DNA of 64,000 bases from an uncultured cyanobacterium (GTDB taxonomy: Bacteria; Cyanobacteriota; Cyanobacteriia; PCC-6307; Cyanobiaceae), in the NCBI GenBank assembly GCA_963765575.1, contig CAVXWZ010000008.1, positions 256,001-320,000 of the forward strand, written 5' to 3'. Of this stretch, positions 22,629-32,337 are shown piece after piece. Each line of letters opens with the position of its first letter. The first letter of the stretch is position 1. The notes under the pieces were generated by a model, which did no database searches, had not been told where the DNA came from, and saw only the letters and a program-made list of their open reading frames with translations. A program made the translations under genes and the position numbers.

Positions 22629-23317
22629 TGGGTGTTCACGTCGAGGGCCTTTGCCACAGCTTCGGCAAAGGGGCCATGGCCCGCCAGGTGCTGCAGGACG
22701 TGAGCCTGAAGATCGCCCCCGGTGAGGTGGTGCTGCTCACCGGTCCCTCGGGTTGCGGCAAAACCACCCTGCTCACCCTGGTGGGGGCCCTGCGCCAGGT
22801 GCAGCAGGGGTCGGTGCGGGTGCTGGGTGAGGATCTGGCGAGTGCCGGTCGCAGCAGCCGCCAGCGCCTGCGCCGCCGCATCGGCATGATTTTCCAGGGT
22901 CACAACCTGTTGCGCTGCCTGAGCGCCGAACAGAATGTGCAGATGGGCGCCGACCTGCTCCCAGGCCTCAGCTACCGCGCCCGCCGCGACCGCTCGCGGG
23001 AGTGGCTGCGGGCCGTGGGTCTGGGGGATCAACTGGCCAAGCTCCCCCACGGCCTCTCCGGCGGCCAGAAGCAGCGGGTGGCCATCGCCCGCGCCCTGGC
23101 CGCTGAGCCCCAGCTGATGCTGGCCGATGAACCCACCGCCGCCCTCGATTCCCAGAGTGGCCGCGAGGTGGTGGAGCTGCTGCGACGGCTGGCGCGGGAG
23201 CAGGGCTGCGCCGTGCTGATGGTGACCCACGATCCGCGCATCCTTGATGTGGGCGACCGTCTGGTGCGCATGGAGGATGGTCGTCTGCTCAGCTCTGCGC
23301 TCGAAGCCGTTGGCTAA
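22628..23317 (+). CDS. devA: DevA ABC transporter ATP-binding protein
   Basis: GPSGCGKTT, LSGGQKQRVAIARAL, ADEPT; TGATG coupling to devC. Confidence 0.93.
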   Translation: MGVHVEGLCHSFGKGAMARQVLQDVSLKIAPGEVVLLTGPSGCGKTTLLTLVGALRQVQQGSVRVLGEDLASAGRSSRQRLRRRIGMIFQGHNLLRCLSAEQNVQMGADLLPGLSYRARRDRSREWLRAVGLGDQLAKLPHGLSGGQKQRVAIARALAAEPQLMLADEPTAALDSQSGREVVELLRRLAREQGCAVLMVTHDPRILDVGDRLVRMEDGRLLSSALEAVG

Positions 23318-23351
23318 GATGAAGCTTGGCAAACCCTGAGGACAAGCCCAT

Positions 23352-23507
23352 ATGGCCAAACGCCGGAACCTGAAAAAGGAAAAACATGAGCGCAATCGCG
23401 CCTACGCCCGCAAGTTCAAGAAGCGCAAGCTGCGCAATGACGGTCGCGGCGAAGGTGTCGGTAACGGCGTGACCGGTACGGCCAACAACGGTGGCGCTGC
23501 CGATTGA
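23352..23507 (+). CDS. Small highly basic protein (51 aa), absent from the ORF track
   Basis: MAKRRNLKKEKHERNRAYARKFKKRKLRNDGRGEGVGNGVTGTANNGGAAD; GAGGA at 23338-23342; TAAGAT at 23315-23320; terminator downstream. Confidence 0.85.
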   Translation: MAKRRNLKKEKHERNRAYARKFKKRKLRNDGRGEGVGNGVTGTANNGGAAD

Positions 23508-23533
23508 GTCGCGCCCGTTCAACCTCCGGCGCT

Positions 23534-23558
23534 GGGGATCCCGCGGGATCCCCTTTTT
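23534..23558 (+). terminator. Rho-independent terminator
   Basis: GGGGATCC-CGCG-GGATCCCC perfect 8-bp stem followed by TTTTT. Confidence 0.9.
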
Positions 23559-23642
23559 GCTGGCGCAACAGCTGGTGCTGGCGCCCCGGGCTGGACGTCC
23601 GGGCTTGACCACCTCTCCACCCTCCGCTCCTGAACCCGGCGC

Positions 23643-24563
23643 ATGTTCCTGAGCGTCGTCATCCCCACCTACAACCGTCTGCCGATCCTGCGCCAGTGCC
23701 TGGCGGCCCTGGAAGCCCAGCAGCTGGCCCAGCCCCTGAGTGATTACGAGGTGGTGCTGGTGGACGACGGCTCCAGCGATGACACCGTGGGCTGGATCGA
23801 GGCCCACCGGCACGCCCTGCCCCACCTGCGCCTGGTCGAGCAGGAGCATGGCGGGCCCGCCCTGGGCCGCAACCGCGGCGTCGCCGCCGCCCGCGGTGAT
23901 GGGGTGGTGTTCATCGACAGCGATCTGGTGGTGCGCCCCGACTTCCTGGTGCAGCACGCCCGCGCCCTGGCGGCCGACTGGGCCCGGCGGGGCGACCGGC
24001 TGAGCTTCACCTACGGCGCCGTGATCAACACCGCCAACTTCGAGGACCCCACGGCCGAGCGCCACAAGCTGCGCGATCTCTCCTGGGCATACTTCGCCAC
24101 CGGCAATGTGGCCATCGAGCGAGAGTTGCTGGAGCGGGCCGGGTTGTTTGACCCCGCCTTCCGCCTCTACGGCTGGGAGGACCTGGAGCTGGGCGAACGC
24201 TTGCGGCGGCTGGGGGTGCGGCTGGTGCCCTGCCCCGCAGCGGTGGGGTATCACTGGCACCCGGCCCTCGATCTGGCCCAGATCCCCCAGCTGATCGAGG
24301 TGGAGCGCGAGCGCGCACGCATGGCGCTGGTGTTCTTCCGCAAGCACCCCACCCGCCGGGTGCGCTTCATCGTTCAGTACACCTGGCTGCATCGGCTGCT
24401 CTGGGAGCTGGCCACCGCCGGCGGACTGATCAACGAACGCACGCTGCTGCCGCTATTGCGCCGTCTGATCCGCCGCGGTCAACCCGGCCTGGCCATGGAG
24501 CTGCTGCGCCTGCCCCTCAATCGCATCGGCGTCCGCGCCCTGTTCCGGGAAGCCCGCCGCTGA
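23643..24563 (+). CDS. Glycosyltransferase family 2
   Basis: SVVIPTYNR, VDDGSSD, FIDSD, YGWEDLELG. Confidence 0.93.
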   Translation: MFLSVVIPTYNRLPILRQCLAALEAQQLAQPLSDYEVVLVDDGSSDDTVGWIEAHRHALPHLRLVEQEHGGPALGRNRGVAAARGDGVVFIDSDLVVRPDFLVQHARALAADWARRGDRLSFTYGAVINTANFEDPTAERHKLRDLSWAYFATGNVAIERELLERAGLFDPAFRLYGWEDLELGERLRRLGVRLVPCPAAVGYHWHPALDLAQIPQLIEVERERARMALVFFRKHPTRRVRFIVQYTWLHRLLWELATAGGLINERTLLPLLRRLIRRGQPGLAMELLRLPLNRIGVRALFREARR

Positions 24564-24605
24564 TCGGCCCAGGGAACTCACTTTGATAAGGTACCTGGGT
24601 TCTCT

Positions 24606-24700
24606 CAAACCGCACACCTGCGCGTTTCGGGTGATCGCTGCGCTGCCACCTGTGGCACGTTTTTCGATCCCTGGCAGGTGGAGGCCAACCCGAAACTCTT
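24606..24700 (+). promoter_or_regulatory. rpsB (S2) leader, structured 5' UTR
   Basis: CACCTGC 24615-21 pairs with GCAGGTG 24674-80; GTTTCGGGT 24624-32 pairs with ACCCGAAAC 24688-96; TAAGGT -10-like at 24587-92. Confidence 0.7.
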
Positions 24701-24706
24701 AAAACC

Positions 24707-25414
24707 ATGGCTGTTGTCACCCTTTCCGAGATGATGGAGGCGGGTGCCCACTTCGGGCACCAAACGCGCCGCTGGAACCCAAAGATGTCGCGCTACATCT
24801 ATTGCGCGCGCAACGGTGTTCACATCATTGATCTTGTGCAGACCGCTGTCTGCATGAACAACGCCTACAAGTGGGTGCGCAGTGCTGCCCGCAGCGGCAA
24901 GCGTTTCCTGTTCGTGGGCACCAAGAAGCAGGCCTCCGAAGTGATCGCCCTGGAGGCCATCCGCTGCGGTGCCTCCTATGTGAACCAGCGCTGGCTGGGC
25001 GGCATGCTCACCAACTGGACCACCATGCGCGCCCGCATCGAGCGCCTCAAGGATCTTGAGCGCATGGAGAGCTCCGGGGCGATTGCCATGCGTCCCAAGA
25101 AGGAAGCGGCCGTGTTGCGCCGCGAGCTGGAGCGCCTGCAGAAGTATCTGGGTGGGCTCAAGAACATGCGCCGCCTGCCGGATGTGGTGGTGCTGGTGGA
25201 CCAGCGCCGCGAATCCAACGCCGTGCTCGAGGCCCGAAAACTCGACATTCCGCTGGTGTCGATGCTGGATACCAACTGCGACCCGGATCTCTGCGAAGTG
25301 CCGATTCCCTGCAACGACGACGCCGTGCGTTCCGTGCAGCTGGTGCTCAGCCGCCTCGCCGATGCCATCAATGAGGGCCGGCACGGCTCAGCTGACGAGG
25401 CCGAGGCAGCCTGA
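24707..25414 (+). CDS. rpsB: 30S ribosomal protein S2
   Basis: [31 protein letters not shown]. Confidence 0.99.
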   Translation: MAVVTLSEMMEAGAHFGHQTRRWNPKMSRYIYCARNGVHIIDLVQTAVCMNNAYKWVRSAARSGKRFLFVGTKKQASEVIALEAIRCGASYVNQRWLGGMLTNWTTMRARIERLKDLERMESSGAIAMRPKKEAAVLRRELERLQKYLGGLKNMRRLPDVVVLVDQRRESNAVLEARKLDIPLVSMLDTNCDPDLCEVPIPCNDDAVRSVQLVLSRLADAINEGRHGSADEAEAA

Positions 25415-25480
25415 CGGACGTCGCGATTTCGATCCTTTCTCCCACCCTCCAGATTCCTCACCCTCCCCATTCCTCACCCC

Positions 25481-26140
25481 ATGGTTGAGATTTCGGCAAA
25501 GCTCGTCAAGACCCTGCGCGACCAGACCGGCGCCGGGATGATGGACTGCAAGAAGGCGCTCTCCGAGACCAACGGCGACACCGAGAAGGCCATCGAGTGG
25601 CTGCGCCAGAAGGGCATCGCCAGTGCCGACAAGAAGGCCGGTCGCACCGCTGCTGAAGGCGCCATCGGCTCCTACATCCACACCGGTGCCCGCATCGGTG
25701 TGCTCGTGGAGGTGAACTGCGAAACCGACTTCGTGGCCCGCGGCGACATCTTCCAGGAGCTGATCCGCAACGTGGCCATGCAGATCGCCGCCTGCCCCTC
25801 CGTTGACTACGTGCGCGTCGAGGACATCCCCGCCGAGGTATCGACGCGCGAACAGCAGATCGAGATGGGCCGCGATGACCTCGCCGGTAAGAAGGAGGAG
25901 ATGAAGGAGCGCATCGTCAGTGGCCGCATCGGCAAGCGCCTCAAGGAAATGGCCCTGATGGATCAGCCCTACATCAAGGACAGCGCCATGACCGTCACCG
26001 AGATGGTCAAGCAGGTGGCCGGCAAGGTGGGGGAGAACATCCAGGTGCGTCGCTTCGTGCGCTTCAACCTCGGTGAGGGGATCGAGGTGGACTCCACCGA
26101 CTTCGCCGCCGAAGTGGCCGCCATGGGCGGGGCTGTCTGA
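25481..26140 (+). CDS. tsf: Elongation factor Ts (short cyanobacterial form)
   Basis: [26 protein letters not shown]. Confidence 0.99.
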   Translation: MVEISAKLVKTLRDQTGAGMMDCKKALSETNGDTEKAIEWLRQKGIASADKKAGRTAAEGAIGSYIHTGARIGVLVEVNCETDFVARGDIFQELIRNVAMQIAACPSVDYVRVEDIPAEVSTREQQIEMGRDDLAGKKEEMKERIVSGRIGKRLKEMALMDQPYIKDSAMTVTEMVKQVAGKVGENIQVRRFVRFNLGEGIEVDSTDFAAEVAAMGGAV

Positions 26141-26211
26141 GCTGCAGCGCCATCACCACCCCGGATTTCCCCGAACCTGAGGCCTCCGCCCCGCTGGCGG
26201 GCCTGCAGGAG

Positions 26212-27186
26212 GTGCGCCGACAGCTCGATTGTGGCAGTGATCAGCTGCGCCAGAGCAATCCCGAGCTCTACCGCGACCTGGCCCTCTACCTGCAGGTGCT
26301 GCGTGAGCTCTTGCCCGATGCGGTGGAGCTGGCCTGCTTCCATCTGGCCACCCGCGTTCATCCCCAGCGCTACTGCGAGCTGCCAGCCGATCTGCGTCGC
26401 CGTCTGCACCGACGCAGCGCCGCGCTGGTCCGCCAGGCGTCCAGCCTGCTGACGGTGGAGCAACTCAGCCAGCTGGCCGGGCGACTCGCGGCCAGCAACC
26501 AGCAGGTCCGGCGCGATCAGCCCGATCTGCCGTCCCTGCCGGTCCATGACGAACCACCCATGGGTCCGGAGCCGGAGGGCTCGGTGCGGCTGGGGCTGGA
26601 CCTGCCCGTGGAGGTCTCCTGGGCTGGGCTGCCATCCTTCTGGCCCGGAGGAGCAACCCCCGACAGCGCTGAATCGGACCCGGTCGAGTTCCAGGACGAG
26701 CCGTCGCCACAGCAGGCTCCCCCCCCATGGGACTCCCCCCTGCTGCCGGTGGAGCCGCTGGCCTTGCTGAGCTGGCTGGACGGAGCCGAGCAGGCCCTGA
26801 TTCGCCGCCTGCGCAACCTCTCCCATGCCCTCAATGTGGAGCTGCTGCGCTCGGGCCTCAACCGCACGCTGCTGCCCGTGACGCTGCTGGAGGCGTCCCT
26901 CCGTGGCCAGGTCGAACCCCTGCCGGCGCCGGCCAATCTGCTGCGGGTGCAGCTGCCGGTGATGGACCCCAGTGGCAACCCGATCGAGACGTGTGCCGTG
27001 CTGATGCGCCCCGCCGATCTGGAGTTGGAGCACCCCCGGCTGCGCAGTTGTCGCGCCCGCCTGCACCGGCATCGCCACGAGGTACGCAGAATGGCCGATC
27101 AGCATCGCCGTCTGCAGCGGCGGCTCCAGGCGCTTGAGGCGGAACGGCTGTGGCACCAGGACAACCCCAGGTACCCCCAGCCCTAG
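26212..27186 (+). CDS. Conserved hypothetical protein
   Basis: 324-aa ORF with coding-like codon usage between tsf and recG; coiled C-terminus. Confidence 0.75.
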   Translation: MRRQLDCGSDQLRQSNPELYRDLALYLQVLRELLPDAVELACFHLATRVHPQRYCELPADLRRRLHRRSAALVRQASSLLTVEQLSQLAGRLAASNQQVRRDQPDLPSLPVHDEPPMGPEPEGSVRLGLDLPVEVSWAGLPSFWPGGATPDSAESDPVEFQDEPSPQQAPPPWDSPLLPVEPLALLSWLDGAEQALIRRLRNLSHALNVELLRSGLNRTLLPVTLLEASLRGQVEPLPAPANLLRVQLPVMDPSGNPIETCAVLMRPADLELEHPRLRSCRARLHRHRHEVRRMADQHRRLQRRLQALEAERLWHQDNPRYPQP

Positions 27187-29693
27187 ACCCGGCCGCCGCC
27201 GAAGCCTGGTTCAGCACCCTGCAGCAGGCCCTGCAGCTGGAGGCCGAGCGGGGATTCGGCGATCTGATCGGTCGCCGCGAACGCTTCAGCGCCTTCCTGG
27301 CCCGCAGCCTTCAGAACCCTCCGCCAGGCGTCAGGGTCGACCCCCCCGAGCTGGCCCTGGCCGGCGACTTCGGCCGCTACGAGCAGCTCAGCATCAGCCA
27401 GCGGCAGGGGCTGGTGCGCCGCTGCCGCCAGCAGCTGCACAGCTGGCGGCAGCGGTGCAGACCCCCCAGCCCGCCGGCGCCGCCGCGGCTGCGCCTGGCG
27501 GCGGACCCGGACGCCACTGGTGCCGGCTCGCCCGTGCCCCAGGGCGCCCCGGCCGGGGGCCTGAAGCCGGAAACTCCCCTGGCGGAGATCCGCGGTGTGG
27601 GCCCCCGCACCGCCAGCCGCCTGGCCCAACTGGGACTGTTTGTGGTGCGCGACCTGGTCCACTACTACCCGCGCGACTATCTCGACTACGCCAACCTGGT
27701 GCGCATCAGCGGCCTGGAGCCTGGCAGCACGGCCACGATCGTGGCCACGGTGCGCCGCTGCCGGGGCTTCATCAGTCCGCGTAATCCCCAGCTGGCGATC
27801 CTGGAGCTGCAGCTCGCCGATCCCACCGGCAACCTGCGAGTCAGCCGTTTTTTCGCCGGCCGCCGATTCGCCTCCCCCGGCTGGCTGAAGTCGCAGGAGC
27901 GCCAGTTCCCCAGTGGTGCCACCGTGGCGGTGAGCGGGCTGGTGAAGGAGGGCCCCTACGCCCCCCAGTTTCAGGATCCGCTGATGGAGGTGCTCGCCAG
28001 CCCCCAGGCCCCCGTGCGTTCGCCCCAGATCGGCCGCCTGATCCCGGTCTACGGACTCACGGAGGGTCTGGGGGCCGAGCGGATGCGGCAGGCGATCCAG
28101 GCCCTGCTGCCCCTGGTGCGGCGCTGGCCGGAACCGCTGCCGCAATCCCTGCTGCGGCAGGAGCAGCTGATGGGGCGGGCCCTGGCACTGGAGCAGATCC
28201 ATGCCCCCAGCGACCGCGACCAGCTGCAGGCCAGCCGCCGCCGCCTGGTGTTCGATGAGTTTCTGTTGATGCAGCTGGGGCTGCTGCAGCGGCGGCGGCA
28301 ACTCACCCAGCGCCCAGCGCCGCCACTCACGCTTGCCGCCGCCCCCCCCGACGGGGGCCTGGTCGGGGGGGGCGGCCTGATGGAGCGGTTTCTGCAGCTG
28401 CTGCCCTTCCCGTTCACGGCGGCCCAGGCCCGCGTGCTGGCGGAGATCCGGGCCGACCTGGCCCAGGAGCAACCCATGGCCCGTCTGCTGCAGGGCGATG
28501 TGGGCAGCGGCAAAACCGTGGTGGCGATCGCCGCCCTGCTCAGCGCCATCGATGCCGGCTGCCAGGGGGCCTTGATGGCCCCCACCGAGGTGTTGGCCGA
28601 GCAGCACCAGGCCCGCCTGGCCGCCTGGCTGCCCCAGCTGCACGTGCGCTGCGCCCTGCTCACCGGCTCCACGCCGACCCGGCGGCGGCGGCAATTGCTG
28701 GACGACCTGGTCAACGGTCAGCTGCAGCTGCTGGTGGGCACCCACGCCCTGCTGGAGGATCCGGTGCAGTTCGCCCGCCTGGGGCTGGTGGTGGTGGATG
28801 AGCAGCACCGCTTCGGGGTGCGCCAGCGCGACCGCCTGCTCAACAAGGGGCTGCAGCCCCACCTGCTGACGATGACGGCCACCCCCATCCCGCGCACGCT
28901 GGCGCTCTCCGTGCACGGCGATCTGGAGGTGAGCCAGATCGATGAACTGCCCCCCGGCCGTACGCCCATCCGCACCCGCCTGCTGCGGGCCTCCGAGCGT
29001 TCCGAGGCCTACGACCTGATTCGCGCCCAGGTGGCCCAGGGACAACGGGCCTATGTGGTGCTGCCCCTGGTGGAGGAGTCGGAGAAGAGCGATCTGCGCT
29101 CGGCGGTGGAGGTGCACCGCCAGCTGGCTGGCGAGGTGTTCCCAGACCTGGCGGTGGGCCTGCTGCACGGACGCATGGCCAGCGCCGACAAGCAGGCGGC
29201 CATCGGCGCCTTTGCCCGCGGACACACCCCCGTGCTGGTGAGCACCACGGTGGTGGAGGTGGGGGTGGATGTGCCCGAGGCCAGTGTGATGGTGATCGAG
29301 CACGCTGAGCGTTTTGGGCTGGCCCAGCTGCACCAGCTGCGCGGGCGTGTAGGGCGCGGTGCCGCCGCCTCCCACTGTCTGCTGATCCACGATGGCCGCA
29401 ATGCCGGGGCCCGCCAGCGTCTGGAGGTGCTGGTTCGCTCCAACGACGGCTTCGAGATCGCCGAGATGGACCTGCGCCTGCGGGGACCCGGCCAGGTGCT
29501 CGGGACTCGCCAGAGCGGCCTTCCCGACCTGGCCCTGGCCAGCCTTGCCGATGACGGCGAGGTGTTGGAGCGGGCACGCGAGGTGGCCCGGGGGATCCTG
29601 GAGCAGGATCCGCAGCTGAGCGGCCATCCCCACCTGGCCCACCTGCTGGCCCGGCAGCGCCGCCGCCTCAGCGAGCCCGCCCCCCTGAACTGA
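27150..29693 (+). CDS. recG: ATP-dependent DNA helicase RecG
   Basis: QGDVGSGKT, DEQHRFG, MTATPIPRTL, LHQLRGRVGRG. Confidence 0.98.
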   Translation: MAPGQPQVPPALDPAAAEAWFSTLQQALQLEAERGFGDLIGRRERFSAFLARSLQNPPPGVRVDPPELALAGDFGRYEQLSISQRQGLVRRCRQQLHSWRQRCRPPSPPAPPRLRLAADPDATGAGSPVPQGAPAGGLKPETPLAEIRGVGPRTASRLAQLGLFVVRDLVHYYPRDYLDYANLVRISGLEPGSTATIVATVRRCRGFISPRNPQLAILELQLADPTGNLRVSRFFAGRRFASPGWLKSQERQFPSGATVAVSGLVKEGPYAPQFQDPLMEVLASPQAPVRSPQIGRLIPVYGLTEGLGAERMRQAIQALLPLVRRWPEPLPQSLLRQEQLMGRALALEQIHAPSDRDQLQASRRRLVFDEFLLMQLGLLQRRRQLTQRPAPPLTLAAAPPDGGLVGGGGLMERFLQLLPFPFTAAQARVLAEIRADLAQEQPMARLLQGDVGSGKTVVAIAALLSAIDAGCQGALMAPTEVLAEQHQARLAAWLPQLHVRCALLTGSTPTRRRRQLLDDLVNGQLQLLVGTHALLEDPVQFARLGLVVVDEQHRFGVRQRDRLLNKGLQPHLLTMTATPIPRTLALSVHGDLEVSQIDELPPGRTPIRTRLLRASERSEAYDLIRAQVAQGQRAYVVLPLVEESEKSDLRSAVEVHRQLAGEVFPDLAVGLLHGRMASADKQAAIGAFARGHTPVLVSTTVVEVGVDVPEASVMVIEHAERFGLAQLHQLRGRVGRGAAASHCLLIHDGRNAGARQRLEVLVRSNDGFEIAEMDLRLRGPGQVLGTRQSGLPDLALASLADDGEVLERAREVARGILEQDPQLSGHPHLAHLLARQRRRLSEPAPLN

Positions 29694-29713
29694 GCCATGC
29701 AACGGCTTGAGCG

Positions 29714-30430
29714 ATGAGCACACGCCCCTGGGCCACGATCCCCATCGAGGACGCCGGCGACCCCCTGGAGCCGCTGCCGAGCGCCCTGCGGCGGCTCGAA
29801 CCCCATCCCTACGCCGCGCTGGGAGCGCCCTACGGCAGGGCCGGTTCTCCGTTTCGGCTGCGCCCGGAGCTGAACCGGCGACTGCTCCAAGCCCAGGAGC
29901 TGCTGCGCCGGCAGCGGCCCGGCTGGGGGCTGGCCATCTTTGATGGCTGGCGGCCGCTGGCGGTGCAGGCCTTCATGGTGGAGCACGCGATCGCCTGCAG
30001 TTGCCGTGAGCGCGGCATCGACCCGGCCGTGGCCGGCGCCGCACGCCAGGCGGTGGTGGCGGAGGTGGGCCGCTTCTGGGCACCGCCCCATGCCGATCCG
30101 TCGGCGCCACCACCCCACAGCACCGGCGGCGCCGTGGATCTCACCCTGGCCGACGGCGACGCCGCGCCCCTGGACATGGGCTCAGCGATCGATGCCATCG
30201 GGGCGGTGTCGGAGCCCGACCACTTCCTGCAGGCCAGCCACAACTGCCGCGACCCGGAGCTGCTGGCTCGCTACCGCCAATGGCACCAGCGCCGCAGTCT
30301 GCTGCGCCAGGTGATGGAGCAGGCGGGCTTCGCCCAGCACCCCAACGAATGGTGGCACTTCAGCTGGGGCGATCAGCTCTGGGCCTGGCAGCGGGGGGAG
30401 CCCGTGGCTCACTACGGGCGGATGGGCTGA
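29714..30430 (+). CDS. D-alanyl-D-alanine dipeptidase (M15D, DdpX/VanX-like)
   Basis: IFDGWRP, PPHSTGGAVDLTL, NEWWHFS. Confidence 0.9.
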   Translation: MSTRPWATIPIEDAGDPLEPLPSALRRLEPHPYAALGAPYGRAGSPFRLRPELNRRLLQAQELLRRQRPGWGLAIFDGWRPLAVQAFMVEHAIACSCRERGIDPAVAGAARQAVVAEVGRFWAPPHADPSAPPPHSTGGAVDLTLADGDAAPLDMGSAIDAIGAVSEPDHFLQASHNCRDPELLARYRQWHQRRSLLRQVMEQAGFAQHPNEWWHFSWGDQLWAWQRGEPVAHYGRMG

Positions 30431-30440
30431 ACCGGGCGCT

Positions 30441-32216
30441 TCAGCCGGCGGCCACGGCCAGCAGCCGTTGCACCTCGTCGCGGCCACTCTTGACCACGAA
30501 ATCACCGAACCCGCGCCGCAGGCCGCTCTGACGCCAGGCCAGCAACAGCGGCTCGAGGGTGGCCTCCAGGTCGTCGAGGGGCATCTTCTCGAGGAAGGGC
30601 TCGGCCAGCCGGCTGAGCTGACCACTGCCGCCGAGCCACACCTGGTACTGATCGACACCGCTGCCCACCAGCCCCAGTTCGGCCATGTAGGGACGGGCGC
30701 AGCCGTTGGGACAGCCGGTCATGCGCACCAGAATCGGCTTCTCGATCTGCAGCCGGTCGAGCAGGCTTTCGAGCCGATCCAGCACCGCCGGGAAGATGCG
30801 CTCCGATTCGGTCACCGCCAGACCGCAGAGGGGCAGGGCGGGACAGGCGATTCCATGGCGTGCCAGCAGGGAGGTCTCCTCGGGCTTCTCCCAGCCGAGG
30901 GTCGCCAGTTCGGCCTTGAGGCTGGAGCGCTGGGCAGTGCCGATGTTGCAGAGCAGCAGGTCCTGGTTGGGGGTGATGCGCACCTCGAGCTTGTAGGTGT
31001 CCACGAGCTGCCGCAGCCCCGTTTTGCGCTCACCGCTGAGGCGACCACAGAGCAGGGGCAGGCCCACGAACCAGAGCCCCGGGCTTTGGCGGTGCCAGCC
31101 CAGGTAGTCCTCCAGCTTGGGGCGTGGCTCGTCGCGCAGGGGGCGGATCGGGTGCTGGAAGTAGGAGGCGCGCAGCTGGTCACGGAACCAGTCCACGCCG
31201 TGGTCGTGGATCAGGTATTTCATGCGCGCGTGGCGCCGCTGCTGGCGGTCACCGTGGTCGCGCTGCACGGCCACCACCGCCTGGACGAGATCCAGCACGT
31301 GCTCAACGGCCACGTAGCCGAGGGGATCGGCGGTGCGGGCGAAGGTCTCCTCCTTGTTGTGGGTGCGACCCATGCCACCGCCCACATAGACGTTGCAGCC
31401 CTGGGGCCGGCCCTGGGGATCGCAGAACAGCACCAGGCCGATGTCCTGGGTGAGCAGGTCCACCGAGTTGTCGCCGGGCACCGTGACGGCCACCTTGAAC
31501 TTGCGCGGCAGGTAGGTGCCGCCATAGAGCGGTTCGGCGCCATCACCACTGAACACAGCGCCCTCGCTCTGGCGCTCCTTCACCCGCCGCACCGCGGCAT
31601 TGGGCTTGATCCGCAAGCTCAGATCACCATCGACCCAGAGGTCGAGATAGGAGCCCTCGGCGGCCTGGGGGGCCAGCAGATCGGCGATGTCATCGGCGAG
31701 CTGGCGGGCCGCTGGATAGCCACCCTTGGCATAGGGGGCGGCCGGGGCCATCACGTTGCGGTTGATGTCACCGCAGGCGGCCAGGGTGGAGCCGAGGTGG
31801 CGCACGATCGTGCCGATCACCTCCTTGAGGTTGTCCTTGCGCACGCCATGCATCTGGAAGGCCTGGCGGGTGGTGGCGCGCAGGGTTCCATTGCCGAGCC
31901 GGTCGGCGAGGGAATCGAGGGCGAGATAGAGATCGGCGGGAATGCGCCCGCCGGGGCTGCGCAGGCGCAGCATCATCTGCCAGTCCTTTTCGCGCCCCTT
32001 CTGGCGGTGATCCCGGTCGTCCTGTTGATACGACCCGTGGAACTTGAGAATCTGAACCGCCGGTTCACTGAAATTCGGCCGCTCGTTGGCCAGTTCGCTG
32101 AGCAGTGGTTCGCGCAGATGGCCGCTGTTGGCCTTCAGCTGCTCGAACTTGGTGGGCTCAGGGGGGCGTGGATCAGACAGGGTGGATCCGTCAGGCACCT
32201 TGGCAGACACGGTCAC
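30441..32216 (-). CDS. sir: Ferredoxin-dependent sulfite reductase
   Basis: KFHGSYQQDDRD, STLAACGDINRN, CPALPLCGLA, RMTGCPNGCARP (siroheme/4Fe-4S). Confidence 0.93.
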   Translation of the reverse strand: MTVSAKVPDGSTLSDPRPPEPTKFEQLKANSGHLREPLLSELANERPNFSEPAVQILKFHGSYQQDDRDHRQKGREKDWQMMLRLRSPGGRIPADLYLALDSLADRLGNGTLRATTRQAFQMHGVRKDNLKEVIGTIVRHLGSTLAACGDINRNVMAPAAPYAKGGYPAARQLADDIADLLAPQAAEGSYLDLWVDGDLSLRIKPNAAVRRVKERQSEGAVFSGDGAEPLYGGTYLPRKFKVAVTVPGDNSVDLLTQDIGLVLFCDPQGRPQGCNVYVGGGMGRTHNKEETFARTADPLGYVAVEHVLDLVQAVVAVQRDHGDRQQRRHARMKYLIHDHGVDWFRDQLRASYFQHPIRPLRDEPRPKLEDYLGWHRQSPGLWFVGLPLLCGRLSGERKTGLRQLVDTYKLEVRITPNQDLLLCNIGTAQRSSLKAELATLGWEKPEETSLLARHGIACPALPLCGLAVTESERIFPAVLDRLESLLDRLQIEKPILVRMTGCPNGCARPYMAELGLVGSGVDQYQVWLGGSGQLSRLAEPFLEKMPLDDLEATLEPLLLAWRQSGLRRGFGDFVVKSGRDEVQRLLAVAAG

Positions 32217-32337
32217 GCAGTCGATCCTCAACCGCTTGACCGTAGCGAACGGGAGTGGGTAAGGGCCGAAGAAGCGGCAGCAGCTGGTTCATGCAGAAGC
32301 TGGTTCATAGAGTTGGTGTCCCTTGAGCCCGCGTTCC

